From: a virus
Taxonomy: Duplodnaviria; Caudoviricetes
Virus record (IMG/VR): IMGVR_UViG_2863404153_000002
Location: 5,165-69,164 of that record
Reading direction: 5' to 3' (one strand)
Length of the DNA stretch: 64,000 bases
Position numbers and translations under genes: made by a program. Below the pieces are notes generated by a model. It was not told the DNA's origin and ran no database searches. It saw nothing but the letters and a program-made list of their open reading frames with translations. Positions 18,050 through 26,356 of this stretch are shown here, piece after piece (the first letter of the stretch is position 1; every line of letters begins with the position of its first letter).

Positions 18050-18357
18050 CCGGGCCGACGATCCCTCAACTCCGCAACCTCACCGACCGGGCCAGCGACG
18101 GCCTCACCCCCGACGAACAGCAGCGGCTCCGCGACGGGGTCGACCGCCTGGAGCTCGCCGAAGCCGCCCTCGCCCGCGTGCAGGCGTTGGCCGACGAATA
18201 CCCGGCCGGCATCGACACCGCACTCATCCACGAAGCCCTCGACCAGACCCGCCCGGCAGCGACCCAAGCGACCGAACCCGCCCACAACGACGGGCCCAGC
18301 GTTCGCGAAGCAGCCGACAACGACCGCCGCTGGCCACTCCAGAAAGCCGGCGAGTAG
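18046..18357 (+). CDS. Hypothetical phage protein
   Basis: GTGA coupling; codon bias. Confidence 0.65.
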   Translation: MTGPTIPQLRNLTDRASDGLTPDEQQRLRDGVDRLELAEAALARVQALADEYPAGIDTALIHEALDQTRPAATQATEPAHNDGPSVREAADNDRRWPLQKAGE

Positions 18358-18393
18358 CCACCCGCCCCACCCGCACCGCAGCAAGGAGCCGTC

Positions 18394-19053
18394 ATGACCG
18401 CCGCCTGCATCGTCGCCACCTGCCCGCGCGAACTCCGCGACTGGGAGGACGCCACCAGCCAGGTCATCTGCACGCCCTGCCACGACCGCGCCCGCAACAT
18501 CCTCCGCAGCATCCCCGCCGCCCTCACCGTCCTTCACGGATCGATGCATCGCGAACGCAGCGGGGAGAGCGGACGCGCCGGCACCCGGGAAGCGCCCCTG
18601 CCGTGCCGCACCGACGTCCTCAACCTCGTCGGACCGGCCGCCACCGGAACCGTCCACGACCCGAACGGCGACCAGATCGGACAGCAGCCCATCGCAGGCC
18701 TGCTCGGCAGCTGGGTACGGCTCGTCTGCGAAGAACGCCGGATCAACGGGCCCAGCCGGTACCGCGTCGAGGACTTGGCCGCCTGGCTCGCCTCCCAGCT
18801 CGGCTTCGCGGCGACCCAGCATTGGGGCGCTGAGCTGGTCAGCGAGCTGATCGACCTCGACCGCTCCCTGCGCGGGATCATGCAGATCGACGTCCGCACC
18901 CGCGCCGTACCCCGCCCCTGCCCGAACGACCGCTGCCAGAGGCTGGAGCTCACCCGCACAGACCACGACGCCTACACCCGCTGCAGCGCCTGCGGAACCG
19001 CCTGGACAGACGCCGAACTCAACCACGACGCCGAACGACGAGCCGCCGCATGA
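18394..19053 (+). CDS. Zn-binding phage protein (paralog of 31309..31959), possible late regulator
   Basis: CxxC at both ends, APLPCR motif; RBS AAGGAG. Confidence 0.75.
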   Translation: MTAACIVATCPRELRDWEDATSQVICTPCHDRARNILRSIPAALTVLHGSMHRERSGESGRAGTREAPLPCRTDVLNLVGPAATGTVHDPNGDQIGQQPIAGLLGSWVRLVCEERRINGPSRYRVEDLAAWLASQLGFAATQHWGAELVSELIDLDRSLRGIMQIDVRTRAVPRPCPNDRCQRLELTRTDHDAYTRCSACGTAWTDAELNHDAERRAAA

Positions 19054-19057
19054 CAGA

Positions 19058-19090
19058 GCGCCCCCGCCTCCCAAACGGAGGCGGGGGCGC
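19058..19090. terminator. Bidirectional hairpin terminator between convergent genes
   Basis: 14-bp stem GCGCCCCCGCCTCC / GGAGGCGGGGGCGC. Confidence 0.75.
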
Positions 19091-19104
19091 AGTCGTTTGC
19101 TGGG

Positions 19105-19518
19105 CTACTCGGCCAGGGCGTCGTCGAGGTACTCCTGCACCGGCTCGAACAGCCCATACGGCACGTAATCGGGGATCTCATCGAGGCTGACCCAGGCAAC
19201 GGCGTCCAGCTCGTCGGCGTCCGCGACGTGCGCCTCGCCCCCGACGACCTTGCACGCCGTGTAGCTCATGAGCCGCTTCGTCTTCGGGTGGACCCGCTCG
19301 CCGATCAGGTGCGACGCAGTGACGACGAGACCGGTCTCCTCGATCGTCTCCCGCACCGCCGCGGCCTCGGCAGTCTCACCGTCCTCGATCGCGCCAGCCG
19401 GAAACTGCCAGCTGAGCTCGCCCTCCTTCACGCGGCGGCGCACCATGAGCACCTTGCTTCCGTCCGTGATGATCGCGGCGGAGATGCCGGGCTTCTCGGT
19501 CGTGGTCTCGGTCGTCAT
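19105..19518 (-). CDS. Nudix hydrolase (type found in actinomycete conjugative elements, pSAM2 Pif-like)
   Basis: Nudix box GAIEDGETAEAAAVRETIEETG. Confidence 0.92.
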   Translation of the reverse strand: MTTETTTEKPGISAAIITDGSKVLMVRRRVKEGELSWQFPAGAIEDGETAEAAAVRETIEETGLVVTASHLIGERVHPKTKRLMSYTACKVVGGEAHVADADELDAVAWVSLDEIPDYVPYGLFEPVQEYLDDALAE

Positions 19519-20135
19519 GCGGCAACCTCCTCGAACGGTGGATAGTTCGAGATCTGGTGTGCGCGTTGTCCGGAGAATCCCAGCCGTTCGCCAACCTCGC
19601 GCCAGGTGAGCCCGCGGCCCTTCAGTCTGAGCACGATCTCTCGCGCCGCCGCCTTCTGTAGGAAGACGTGTCGCTTCTCTGCTTCGCAGACGGCCTTGTA
19701 TAGCTCCAGGGGATCGGCGATCGCTGCCAGAGTGGAGTCGAGGGTGGCGGCGAACTCCATGAGCGCGTCGAAAGCCGGGTGGTGATTAGGATCCGGCGGT
19801 GTAGCGAAAGCCTTAGGTTTCGACGTGGGCTTGGACTTCACTTTCCTCAGACTGATCTTTGGGCGGCTCCAGGGTTCGCCCTCGACAGCCCACTGGATGA
19901 GCCGGACCGGGTCACGGCGAAAGGTGAACCATTCGCCGTGCGATCGGAACTCCTTGAAGTAGCGATGAAGCTGGGTTTCCAGCTCACGGCCACCCGGGCA
20001 GGTCCAGAAGGCTTCGAGAGGCACGGGCGACATCCGCTGAATGTCGGCAAGCCTCTTCTGGAGGTTCCCTGTCGTCCCGATCTTCACGGTGTTGCTGCCG
20101 GGCGTACCGAGTATGTAGACGACTTCTCCGGTCAC
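19515..20135 (-). CDS. GIY-YIG (T5orf172-like) nuclease domain fused to a C-terminal HTH
   Basis: VYIL..VKIGTT..KRL..LETQLH..GEWF; C-terminal LTWREVGERLGFSGQRAHQI. Confidence 0.8.
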   Translation of the reverse strand: MTGEVVYILGTPGSNTVKIGTTGNLQKRLADIQRMSPVPLEAFWTCPGGRELETQLHRYFKEFRSHGEWFTFRRDPVRLIQWAVEGEPWSRPKISLRKVKSKPTSKPKAFATPPDPNHHPAFDALMEFAATLDSTLAAIADPLELYKAVCEAEKRHVFLQKAAAREIVLRLKGRGLTWREVGERLGFSGQRAHQISNYPPFEEVAA

Positions 20136-21622
20136 TTGGCCCCCTGCCCGTAGCTCCAGGTGTTGCCCGTGCCGCGGTACTCGGAGACGGGAATCGGCTG
20201 AACGCCTTCGCGCATCCGTGAGCGGTACAGCATGCCGTGCAGGTGGTCGACTTCGTGGGCGACGAGTCGGGCCATGCCCCTCTCGAAGATGGTGATGCGC
20301 TGCTGCCCGTCGATGTCGGTGTGCTCCACGCTGATCGCGAGGGGGCGGGGGACCTTGCCGCGGACGTCGAAGAAGCTCAGGCAGCCTTCGTACTGCTCGT
20401 CAGTCTCTCGTGACTCCTCGACGATGCGCGGGTTGAACAGGGTGATGGATTCACCGTCGGGGGACCGGACGATCGCGGCGGCCCGGTCGATGCCGATCTG
20501 TGTCGCTGCCACGCCCATTCCCTTGCCGAAGACGTGCACGGTGGAGGCCCGTTCGGCTGCGGAGATCAGTTCGGCGACGACCCGGCGCGCGTCCTCGGCC
20601 TCGCCAGGCAGGTCGAACGGTCGCGCGGTCTTGGTCAGGATCGGGTCGCCCTCCTGGACAATGCCGACCGCGCTCATCCTCTCGCTCGCGGTCGCTTCGG
20701 ACTCCAGTACGTGCAATGCATCCTCCTGGTTTGGGCGGGTTCGGAACTTCCATTCAAGCCGATACCGGGCGTGCAGCGGAGGGTCTTCAGTCGACCAGGA
20801 GAAGACGCGACGGCCGTCCTCCTCGGTGCGGCGGACCGCGGTACGGAACGGCATCGCCTCAGCGGTCATGCTCGTCTCCGTGCCCCACACGATCGGGTCC
20901 AGGTCGGCGGGGAAGTCGAGGCGAACGCTCATGCGCTGCGTCGGCAGACGAACCGCCCGCTGGAACCACGAGCCCCACTTCTCGTCCCCGACGGTGTAGC
21001 TGTACTCCAACCACACCGACTCGCCCGGGTACAGCGGGTACTGCCCGAAGATCAGCCACAACTCCTTGAACGCGTCGCGGTCGTGCTTCACCCGCCACGT
21101 CAGCGGCTCGCCGTCGATCGACGCGCTGAGGCCGATCTCCTCCCACGTCAGCGGGTTCTCGCGGTAGTGCTGATTCGACCGCTCGGGGTCTCCCGGATAA
21201 CGGTCGACGGAGATCCGGACCAGATAGCGGGTCACCGGGTCCGGGCTGTCGTTGTAGAGCCGGCGGCGCTGGGTGGCCCGGTACGTGCGGCCGTCGTAGC
21301 AGAGCGTCGTGTCCTCGTGCTCGACGATCAGGCTCGTCGCGTGGGACTCGTCGCCGTTCGGCGCCGGGTGAGTGGCTGGTGCCCTGCCGGTCGCCTCCAG
21401 GTCGCGGAAGGCTCGCCGCAGCGCGCCGCCAGCCCGGAGGGTGTCGTCGGCCTGCCGGGCGAACGCGGCGGACGGGGCCAGCTGCCCGCCCTCGACCTTG
21501 GACACGTAGGACGGCGTGTATCCGACCTTGCTGGCGAGCGCTGACTGCGAGAGGCCCCGCACGTCACGCCAGTACTTCAGCTCAGCGACGAACGCTTCTG
21601 CTGCTGCTTGCTGCTCCGGCAT
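20132..21622 (-). CDS. XRE-family HTH + uncharacterised beta-rich domain + peptide deformylase fusion
   Basis: N-terminal GLSQSALASKVGYTPSYVSKVE; PDF motifs GMGVAATQ, EGCLS, HEVDH all present. Confidence 0.9.
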   Translation of the reverse strand: MPEQQAAAEAFVAELKYWRDVRGLSQSALASKVGYTPSYVSKVEGGQLAPSAAFARQADDTLRAGGALRRAFRDLEATGRAPATHPAPNGDESHATSLIVEHEDTTLCYDGRTYRATQRRRLYNDSPDPVTRYLVRISVDRYPGDPERSNQHYRENPLTWEEIGLSASIDGEPLTWRVKHDRDAFKELWLIFGQYPLYPGESVWLEYSYTVGDEKWGSWFQRAVRLPTQRMSVRLDFPADLDPIVWGTETSMTAEAMPFRTAVRRTEEDGRRVFSWSTEDPPLHARYRLEWKFRTRPNQEDALHVLESEATASERMSAVGIVQEGDPILTKTARPFDLPGEAEDARRVVAELISAAERASTVHVFGKGMGVAATQIGIDRAAAIVRSPDGESITLFNPRIVEESRETDEQYEGCLSFFDVRGKVPRPLAISVEHTDIDGQQRITIFERGMARLVAHEVDHLHGMLYRSRMREGVQPIPVSEYRGTGNTWSYGQGAK

Positions 21623-21765
21623 GGCTCCCCTGCCTGTGCCTGTGATTGAGGTGTGAGTGATCGGCTCTCAGGCTGCCGTCACATCCCGTACCAGCGGTCT
21701 TCTTGCGGGAGAGGCGGGGTAGCCCGCCGCACCCGAGGAGTGATCGTGACGGCAATGCCGAGAGG

Positions 21766-21960
21766 CTACGAGGGCGCTACTGGCGGCTTGTCGGGCCGCT
21801 TCGGGAGTTCGTCTGTCTCATGCGTGAGCCAGCGGAAGAACGCGTTGATGTGCGAGTTCAGGGTGGAGTCCACCTCGGCGACGGCGGCCTTGGCGCGCTC
21901 AAGAAGTTCGGGCTCAGGGCGGTATGTCTTCGCTGGGATTCTGTGGACTCCATGGGGCAT
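21766..21960 (-). CDS. Ribbon-helix-helix-like small regulator
   Basis: KTYRPEPELLERAKAAV..LNSHINAFFRW pattern; divergent from transfer operon. Confidence 0.6.
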   Translation of the reverse strand: MPHGVHRIPAKTYRPEPELLERAKAAVAEVDSTLNSHINAFFRWLTHETDELPKRPDKPPVAPS

Positions 21961-21976
21961 GGCGAAATCTTCGCAT

Positions 21977-22044
21977 GGTGGATTGCCACCGGTCCATAGG
22001 CTGGGCTACGGTGGTGGAGTTCCACCACGGGGCTGCCTTCCACC
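21977..22044. promoter_or_regulatory. Tandem palindromic operators GGTGGA-N2-(G/T)CCACC
   Basis: GGTGGATTGCCACC at 21977; GTGGTGGAGTTCCACCAC at 22011; half-site TTCCACC near 22038. Confidence 0.6.
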
Positions 22045-22140
22045 AGCAACCGTGCGCACAAATGAATGTGGCCCTGCCCTGGGCTTCCACACACCAGGAC
22101 AGGACCGGCACGACCTCCCTGACGTAACCAAGGAGTCGGC

Positions 22141-22596
22141 ATGACCAACCATACCGGTGCGCCCATGCGCGCCTATCCTCCCGCTGAGCGGGCGCTGAGC
22201 CTCACCCTCGACGCCGAGGTCATGACCGACCTCGACACCGGCGCCTTGTCGCTGGTTGCGTCGACGGATCCGCAGTTGTCGGACCTGGCCGAGGTGTCGG
22301 CGGCCCGCCTGCGGGAGCTGATCGCGGCGGCCCGTACCGGTCTGGTCGCGTTCGAGCGGCTGGCTGACGAGCACGAGGCCCGCGAGTCCCTCCAGGCGCT
22401 GCTGGCCGAGCACGGTCTGCGCGTCGAGGAGTGGAACACCGGCAGCCTCGACCCGCGGCTCCGTCACCACCTCCGCGCCGTGTACGACCCGACCGAGGGC
22501 GATGGCCGCACCGTCATCGTCCCCGCCGGCCAGGACCCCATCGAGCGCCTCACCGCCGTCCGCCAGCTGATCGCGGGCCTCGGGGGTGCGCTGTGA
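22141..22596 (+). CDS. Hypothetical protein of transfer island
   Basis: RBS AAGGAG; first gene of a coupled operon. Confidence 0.75.
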   Translation: MTNHTGAPMRAYPPAERALSLTLDAEVMTDLDTGALSLVASTDPQLSDLAEVSAARLRELIAAARTGLVAFERLADEHEARESLQALLAEHGLRVEEWNTGSLDPRLRHHLRAVYDPTEGDGRTVIVPAGQDPIERLTAVRQLIAGLGGAL

Positions 22597-22814
22597 GCGC
22601 CCCGACCGAGCCCCTCACCCCGGCTGCTGCGGACGCCCTGCGCTCCCTGGAGTTGCGGGTGACGGCGGTCCGCTACCTGGACGCCGCCGACAACTGCCGG
22701 GCGCTCGCGGCGGTCGCCGACTTCGACGGTTGTCTGGCCGCGCAGGACGAGATGGCGTTCTGTCGCTGCCAGCTCGCGAAGGCCGGCCGCCTTGACCTGA
22801 TCGGCGGCGTGTGA
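22593..22814 (+). CDS. Small hypothetical protein
   Basis: GTGA coupling. Confidence 0.65.
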   Translation: MSAPTEPLTPAAADALRSLELRVTAVRYLDAADNCRALAAVADFDGCLAAQDEMAFCRCQLAKAGRLDLIGGV

Positions 22815-23143
22815 TGGCGGACCAGATGTATGTGCGGCGCTGGCAGCGGGCCGCGCACGAGGCGCTCGGCGAGTTCCTCCAGGCCGAGTTGCCTGGTGTC
22901 ACGTGGACGATCGCGACGACGGGGGCGCTGGTTGCCGATGTGGATTCGCTGACGTCGGCGCCGGACGAGCAGCGTGCGGCGTTCGCCGCCTGGGCCCGGC
23001 ACCTGAACGCGAAAGTGACGCCGGAGCGGGTCAGCTCCGACGGTGCGGTCCACCTGTACGCGCAGTTCGCGTGGCAGGGCGAGCGGGTCCGCGGCGCGAT
23101 CCGGGCCACGATCTACCCGCCGTTCGAGGGCGGTGGCCTGTGA
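22814..23143 (+). CDS. Hypothetical protein
   Basis: TGATG coupling. Confidence 0.65.
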   Translation: MADQMYVRRWQRAAHEALGEFLQAELPGVTWTIATTGALVADVDSLTSAPDEQRAAFAAWARHLNAKVTPERVSSDGAVHLYAQFAWQGERVRGAIRATIYPPFEGGGL

Positions 23144-23307
23144 GCGCCCGCGAGATCCTCGACTTCTTCCCGGCTGGCGGCCCGCGCGGTTCGTGGCCGG
23201 CGGAGGAGAAGGCCGCCGAGCTGACGGCTCAGGGCCAGCCCGCCACGGTCCGCATGGACCTCGACAGCGACCGGTTCCTCGTCGTCCCCGCTGAGGGGAG
23301 GGCGTGA
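23140..23307 (+). CDS. Small hypothetical protein
   Basis: GTGA coupling. Confidence 0.6.
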   Translation: MSAREILDFFPAGGPRGSWPAEEKAAELTAQGQPATVRMDLDSDRFLVVPAEGRA

Positions 23308-23426
23308 TGACGGAGCAGGAAGCCGCCGACGCCCTGGCCGCGCAGCGGATCGCGGAGGCGATGGCCGCCGCTCAGGCTGCTGAGGCCGCCCGTCTGGCCG
23401 CCGAGCAACTGGCCGCACAGCAGTAA
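23307..23426 (+). CDS. 39-aa Ala-rich helical peptide
   Basis: TGATG coupling, RBS GGGGAGG; translated by hand (MTEQEAADALAAQRIAEAM...). Confidence 0.55.
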   Translation: MTEQEAADALAAQRIAEAMAAAQAAEAARLAAEQLAAQQ

Positions 23427-23529
23427 CCCCTGATCGCCGCAGGCGGCGGGATGAACCGAATCCCCCGCTGCCTCGCCGCCTGCGGCCCCAACCCCACCAC
23501 CCGTTCTATCCCGAGAGGGCCCACGAGCC

Positions 23530-23769
23530 ATGTCCATGATCCTGTTCGACGCCGATCTGTCCGCCAACCCGCTGGGTGCCCGGCGCCGCAAGAACGCCAC
23601 CGTCGGGGAGATGGTCGACACGTTCGTCGCCGACCTGTTCGCCGACTACGTGACCGCCCGGGCCGCCGGCGACATGGAGCAGGCGCAGCTGATCCTCGAC
23701 CACGCCGCCTCGATCGACCGAGCCCTGGTCGACGAGCTCGCCGGCTTCGACTACCCGGCCGCCGCCTGA
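23530..23769 (+). CDS. Small hypothetical protein
   Basis: GAGAGG RBS-like; codon bias. Confidence 0.65.
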   Translation: MSMILFDADLSANPLGARRRKNATVGEMVDTFVADLFADYVTARAAGDMEQAQLILDHAASIDRALVDELAGFDYPAAA

Positions 23770-23884
23770 CCCGCCGTCTTCCGCACCAGCCAGCCCCGGC
23801 AGTCACGCCGCGAGGGCGCCCGATCGACTCGGGCCCGGGGCGCTGCACCGCCTACCTGATCCATCGACTCAAGAGGAGCTCTAC

Positions 23885-24079
23885 ATGCCCTTCCGGACCC
23901 GCGACTACACCGCCACCGTGACCGACCCGGAGACCGGCCAGACCAGCCGTATCGAAGGCACGCACACCATCCACGCCTTCAACCCGCCCCTCGACGACGC
24001 CAGGGCCATCCGAGACGACCTCGCCAAGGAAGGCATCCAGGCGTCCGGCGTCCAGGTCGGCCCCGCAAAGATCAGCTAG
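23885..24079 (+). CDS. Small hypothetical protein
   Basis: RBS GAGGAG. Confidence 0.65.
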   Translation: MPFRTRDYTATVTDPETGQTSRIEGTHTIHAFNPPLDDARAIRDDLAKEGIQASGVQVGPAKIS

Positions 24080-24190
24080 CCGCGGCGAGAGCAAGACCCA
24101 CAGCTGACCGGCTGCCCGCCCGGCCCGTCTCGCACGGGCCGGGTCGAGGGGAACCGCTCAGCGTTCCGTCACCCACAAAAGGAGACCCGC

Positions 24191-24367
24191 GTGGGCCTGT
24201 TCAGCAAGGCTGCCGATTCCGCCGCTTCCACCGTCGCGCGCGCAGGCCAGAAGGTCGCCGGCGACAAGGGCGTCGAGGCCACCAACAAGATCACCGGCCC
24301 GCTTCTCGGAGTCCGCTTCGAGAAGTGCCCCGACAACTGCGACCACAGCGACGCCAGCCACAGCTGA
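24191..24367 (+). CDS. 58-aa protein starting MGLFSK
   Basis: RBS AAGGAG, GTG start; translated by hand. Confidence 0.6.
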   Translation: MGLFSKAADSAASTVARAGQKVAGDKGVEATNKITGPLLGVRFEKCPDNCDHSDASHS

Positions 24368-24408
24368 CGACTGCCCGCCCCGCCACCCCCACCCGAGAGG
24401 AGTCCGCC

Positions 24409-24618
24409 ATGGGCCTGTTCAAGAAGACCGACGAGGAGAAGGCCAACATCGCCGCCATGAAGGCCGCCGACGCCGCCCTCAACGCCAACAGCGACCGCGA
24501 ACGCCGCGCCGGAATCCACGACGAGACCCCCGAGTACCAGCGCCTCAACGCCGCCGCCAACGACGCCGCCGCGAAGGTTTCGTGGCTGCACGGCGGCACC
24601 AAGCGCAAGAACCGCTGA
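24409..24618 (+). CDS. 69-aa protein starting MGLFKK
   Basis: RBS GAGGAG, ATG start. Confidence 0.65.
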   Translation: MGLFKKTDEEKANIAAMKAADAALNANSDRERRAGIHDETPEYQRLNAAANDAAAKVSWLHGGTKRKNR

Positions 24619-24646
24619 CCACCCCGACGCCCGAGAGGAGCCCGCA

Positions 24647-24943
24647 GTGCACGCCTATCTGATCACCGCCAAGCCGGGCCGGCTGCGGCGTGCCGTCCGC
24701 TGGGTGGCCCGGTGGGCGCTGCGGACCCTCGCCGTGACCGTGATGGTCGCCCTCGGGGCGGTCGTGTTCACCGTCCGCTCCGCCCGTCCGGTCATCAACT
24801 ACTGCGCCACCCGTGCGGCGTGGCTGGAGCTGTGGGCCGCCTCTGTGACCGGGATCGGCCCGGTCGGGGCGGCAGTCGGCTCCGGCCTCACCGACGAGTT
24901 CGTCAAGGAATTCCACAAGGCGCGCGCCAGCGCCAACGTCTGA
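24647..24943 (+). CDS. Membrane protein of transfer island
   Basis: RBS GAGGAG; hydrophobic segment. Confidence 0.65.
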   Translation: MHAYLITAKPGRLRRAVRWVARWALRTLAVTVMVALGAVVFTVRSARPVINYCATRAAWLELWAASVTGIGPVGAAVGSGLTDEFVKEFHKARASANV

Positions 24944-24958
24944 GAGGACTGCACTGCC

Positions 24959-26356
24959 ATGACTGCCAGCCCGTCGAAGGTGAACGGCACTGCCCGTCCG
25001 CCCGCCGTGCCCGTGCTTGGGGACTGGCAGCCCATAGAGGCCACCCCCACCCAGCCGACCGACATCTCCACCGAACCCCAGCCGCCCGTTCAAGGCGACA
25101 GCGAGATGGTGGCGCAGGCCAAGGCCGAGGCAATCCGTGCTGCGGCGTGGGCCGAGTCCGAGGAGCGCCGCCTTGCCGCCGAAGCGGAGAAGGAAGCCGC
25201 GCTCAGGCGTGCCGATGCCGAAGCGGAAGCGATCCGCGCCAAGGCTGTCGAGGAGAACCGGCGGATTCAGCTCGCCAACGACCGCGCCGAGCGGAAGGCC
25301 CGTGAGGAAGAGGCGGCATCTGAGGCCCGCATCGCCGAATCCAACCGGCGGCGCGCCGACGCCGACCGGGCGCGCGAGGAGGAGGCGCGCAAAGCCGAGG
25401 AGCGGCAGCAGGCCGAAGCCCTGGCCGCCGCCGAGGTCACCGAGGCCGAGGACCGGTGGCGCGGGTACGCCCGCAGCTTCTACATCGTCTGTGCCATCGT
25501 CGCCTTGCCCGTACAGGTCGCCGCGTTCTACGACCCCAGCGCCCTCTGGCTGATGGCCGCACCGCTCATGCTCGAAGGCGGCGCCTGGGTCGTCCTCAAG
25601 GGGGCTGCGGCTGCGGTCGCGTCCCGCCGCCCGCACTGGCACTACCGGCTGATCGCCTGGCTGCTTGCGTTCATCGCCGCCGGCATCAACCTGTGGCACG
25701 GCCTCACCGCCTTCGACCCGGCCACCGCCATCGGTACCGCGTTCGCATCGATCGCCGGCCCCGGCGTGTGGGACCTCCACGAGCACGGCCGCATCCGCAA
25801 GCGCGACGGTGTCCCCACCCGCCGGGAGCGCAAGGCGGCCGAGAAGGAAGCGAAGCGGATCGCCGCGGAGAAGGCCGCGGAGGAGAAGCGGCGCGCGGCC
25901 GACAAGAAGACCGCCGACAAGGCCGCCGAGGAGAAGGCGGCGCAACTGACGGAGCTCCGCAAGGCGCACTTCCCGAAGGTTTGGGAGCACGCTGTGAAGC
26001 TGGCGGCGGACCTCGGGGAGACGGACCCGAACGCCGTCTGGGAGCGCGCCAAGCTCGACGTCGAGGGCGCCAAGCCCGGCGAGTCCGCCGACGTTCTCCG
26101 CATGCGGAACGCAGCCACCGCCAGGGTCGACGCGGCCCGCCAGAACAAGCCCGTGAACACCGTCAGCAAGAACGTGAATGCCCAGCGTGTTCCACAAACG
26201 ATGCGCGGTACCGGGCGGGGCTCGAAGACAGGTCCGAAGGTGCGCGGGGTGCGCCGCTCGGGAGACACCCCGAAGTACCACCCAGTCACCGGCCAGCTCG
26301 CTTCTGAGACGAAGCGCCAGTCCCTCGCCAGCACCCGCCAGAAGGACCCGTCATGA
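24959..26356 (+). CDS. Spd-like (plasmid spread) coiled-coil multi-pass membrane protein
   Basis: Long E/A/R coiled coil, about 4 TM helices, second coiled coil; coupled to traB. Confidence 0.75.
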   Translation: MTASPSKVNGTARPPAVPVLGDWQPIEATPTQPTDISTEPQPPVQGDSEMVAQAKAEAIRAAAWAESEERRLAAEAEKEAALRRADAEAEAIRAKAVEENRRIQLANDRAERKAREEEAASEARIAESNRRRADADRAREEEARKAEERQQAEALAAAEVTEAEDRWRGYARSFYIVCAIVALPVQVAAFYDPSALWLMAAPLMLEGGAWVVLKGAAAAVASRRPHWHYRLIAWLLAFIAAGINLWHGLTAFDPATAIGTAFASIAGPGVWDLHEHGRIRKRDGVPTRRERKAAEKEAKRIAAEKAAEEKRRAADKKTADKAAEEKAAQLTELRKAHFPKVWEHAVKLAADLGETDPNAVWERAKLDVEGAKPGESADVLRMRNAATARVDAARQNKPVNTVSKNVNAQRVPQTMRGTGRGSKTGPKVRGVRRSGDTPKYHPVTGQLASETKRQSLASTRQKDPS

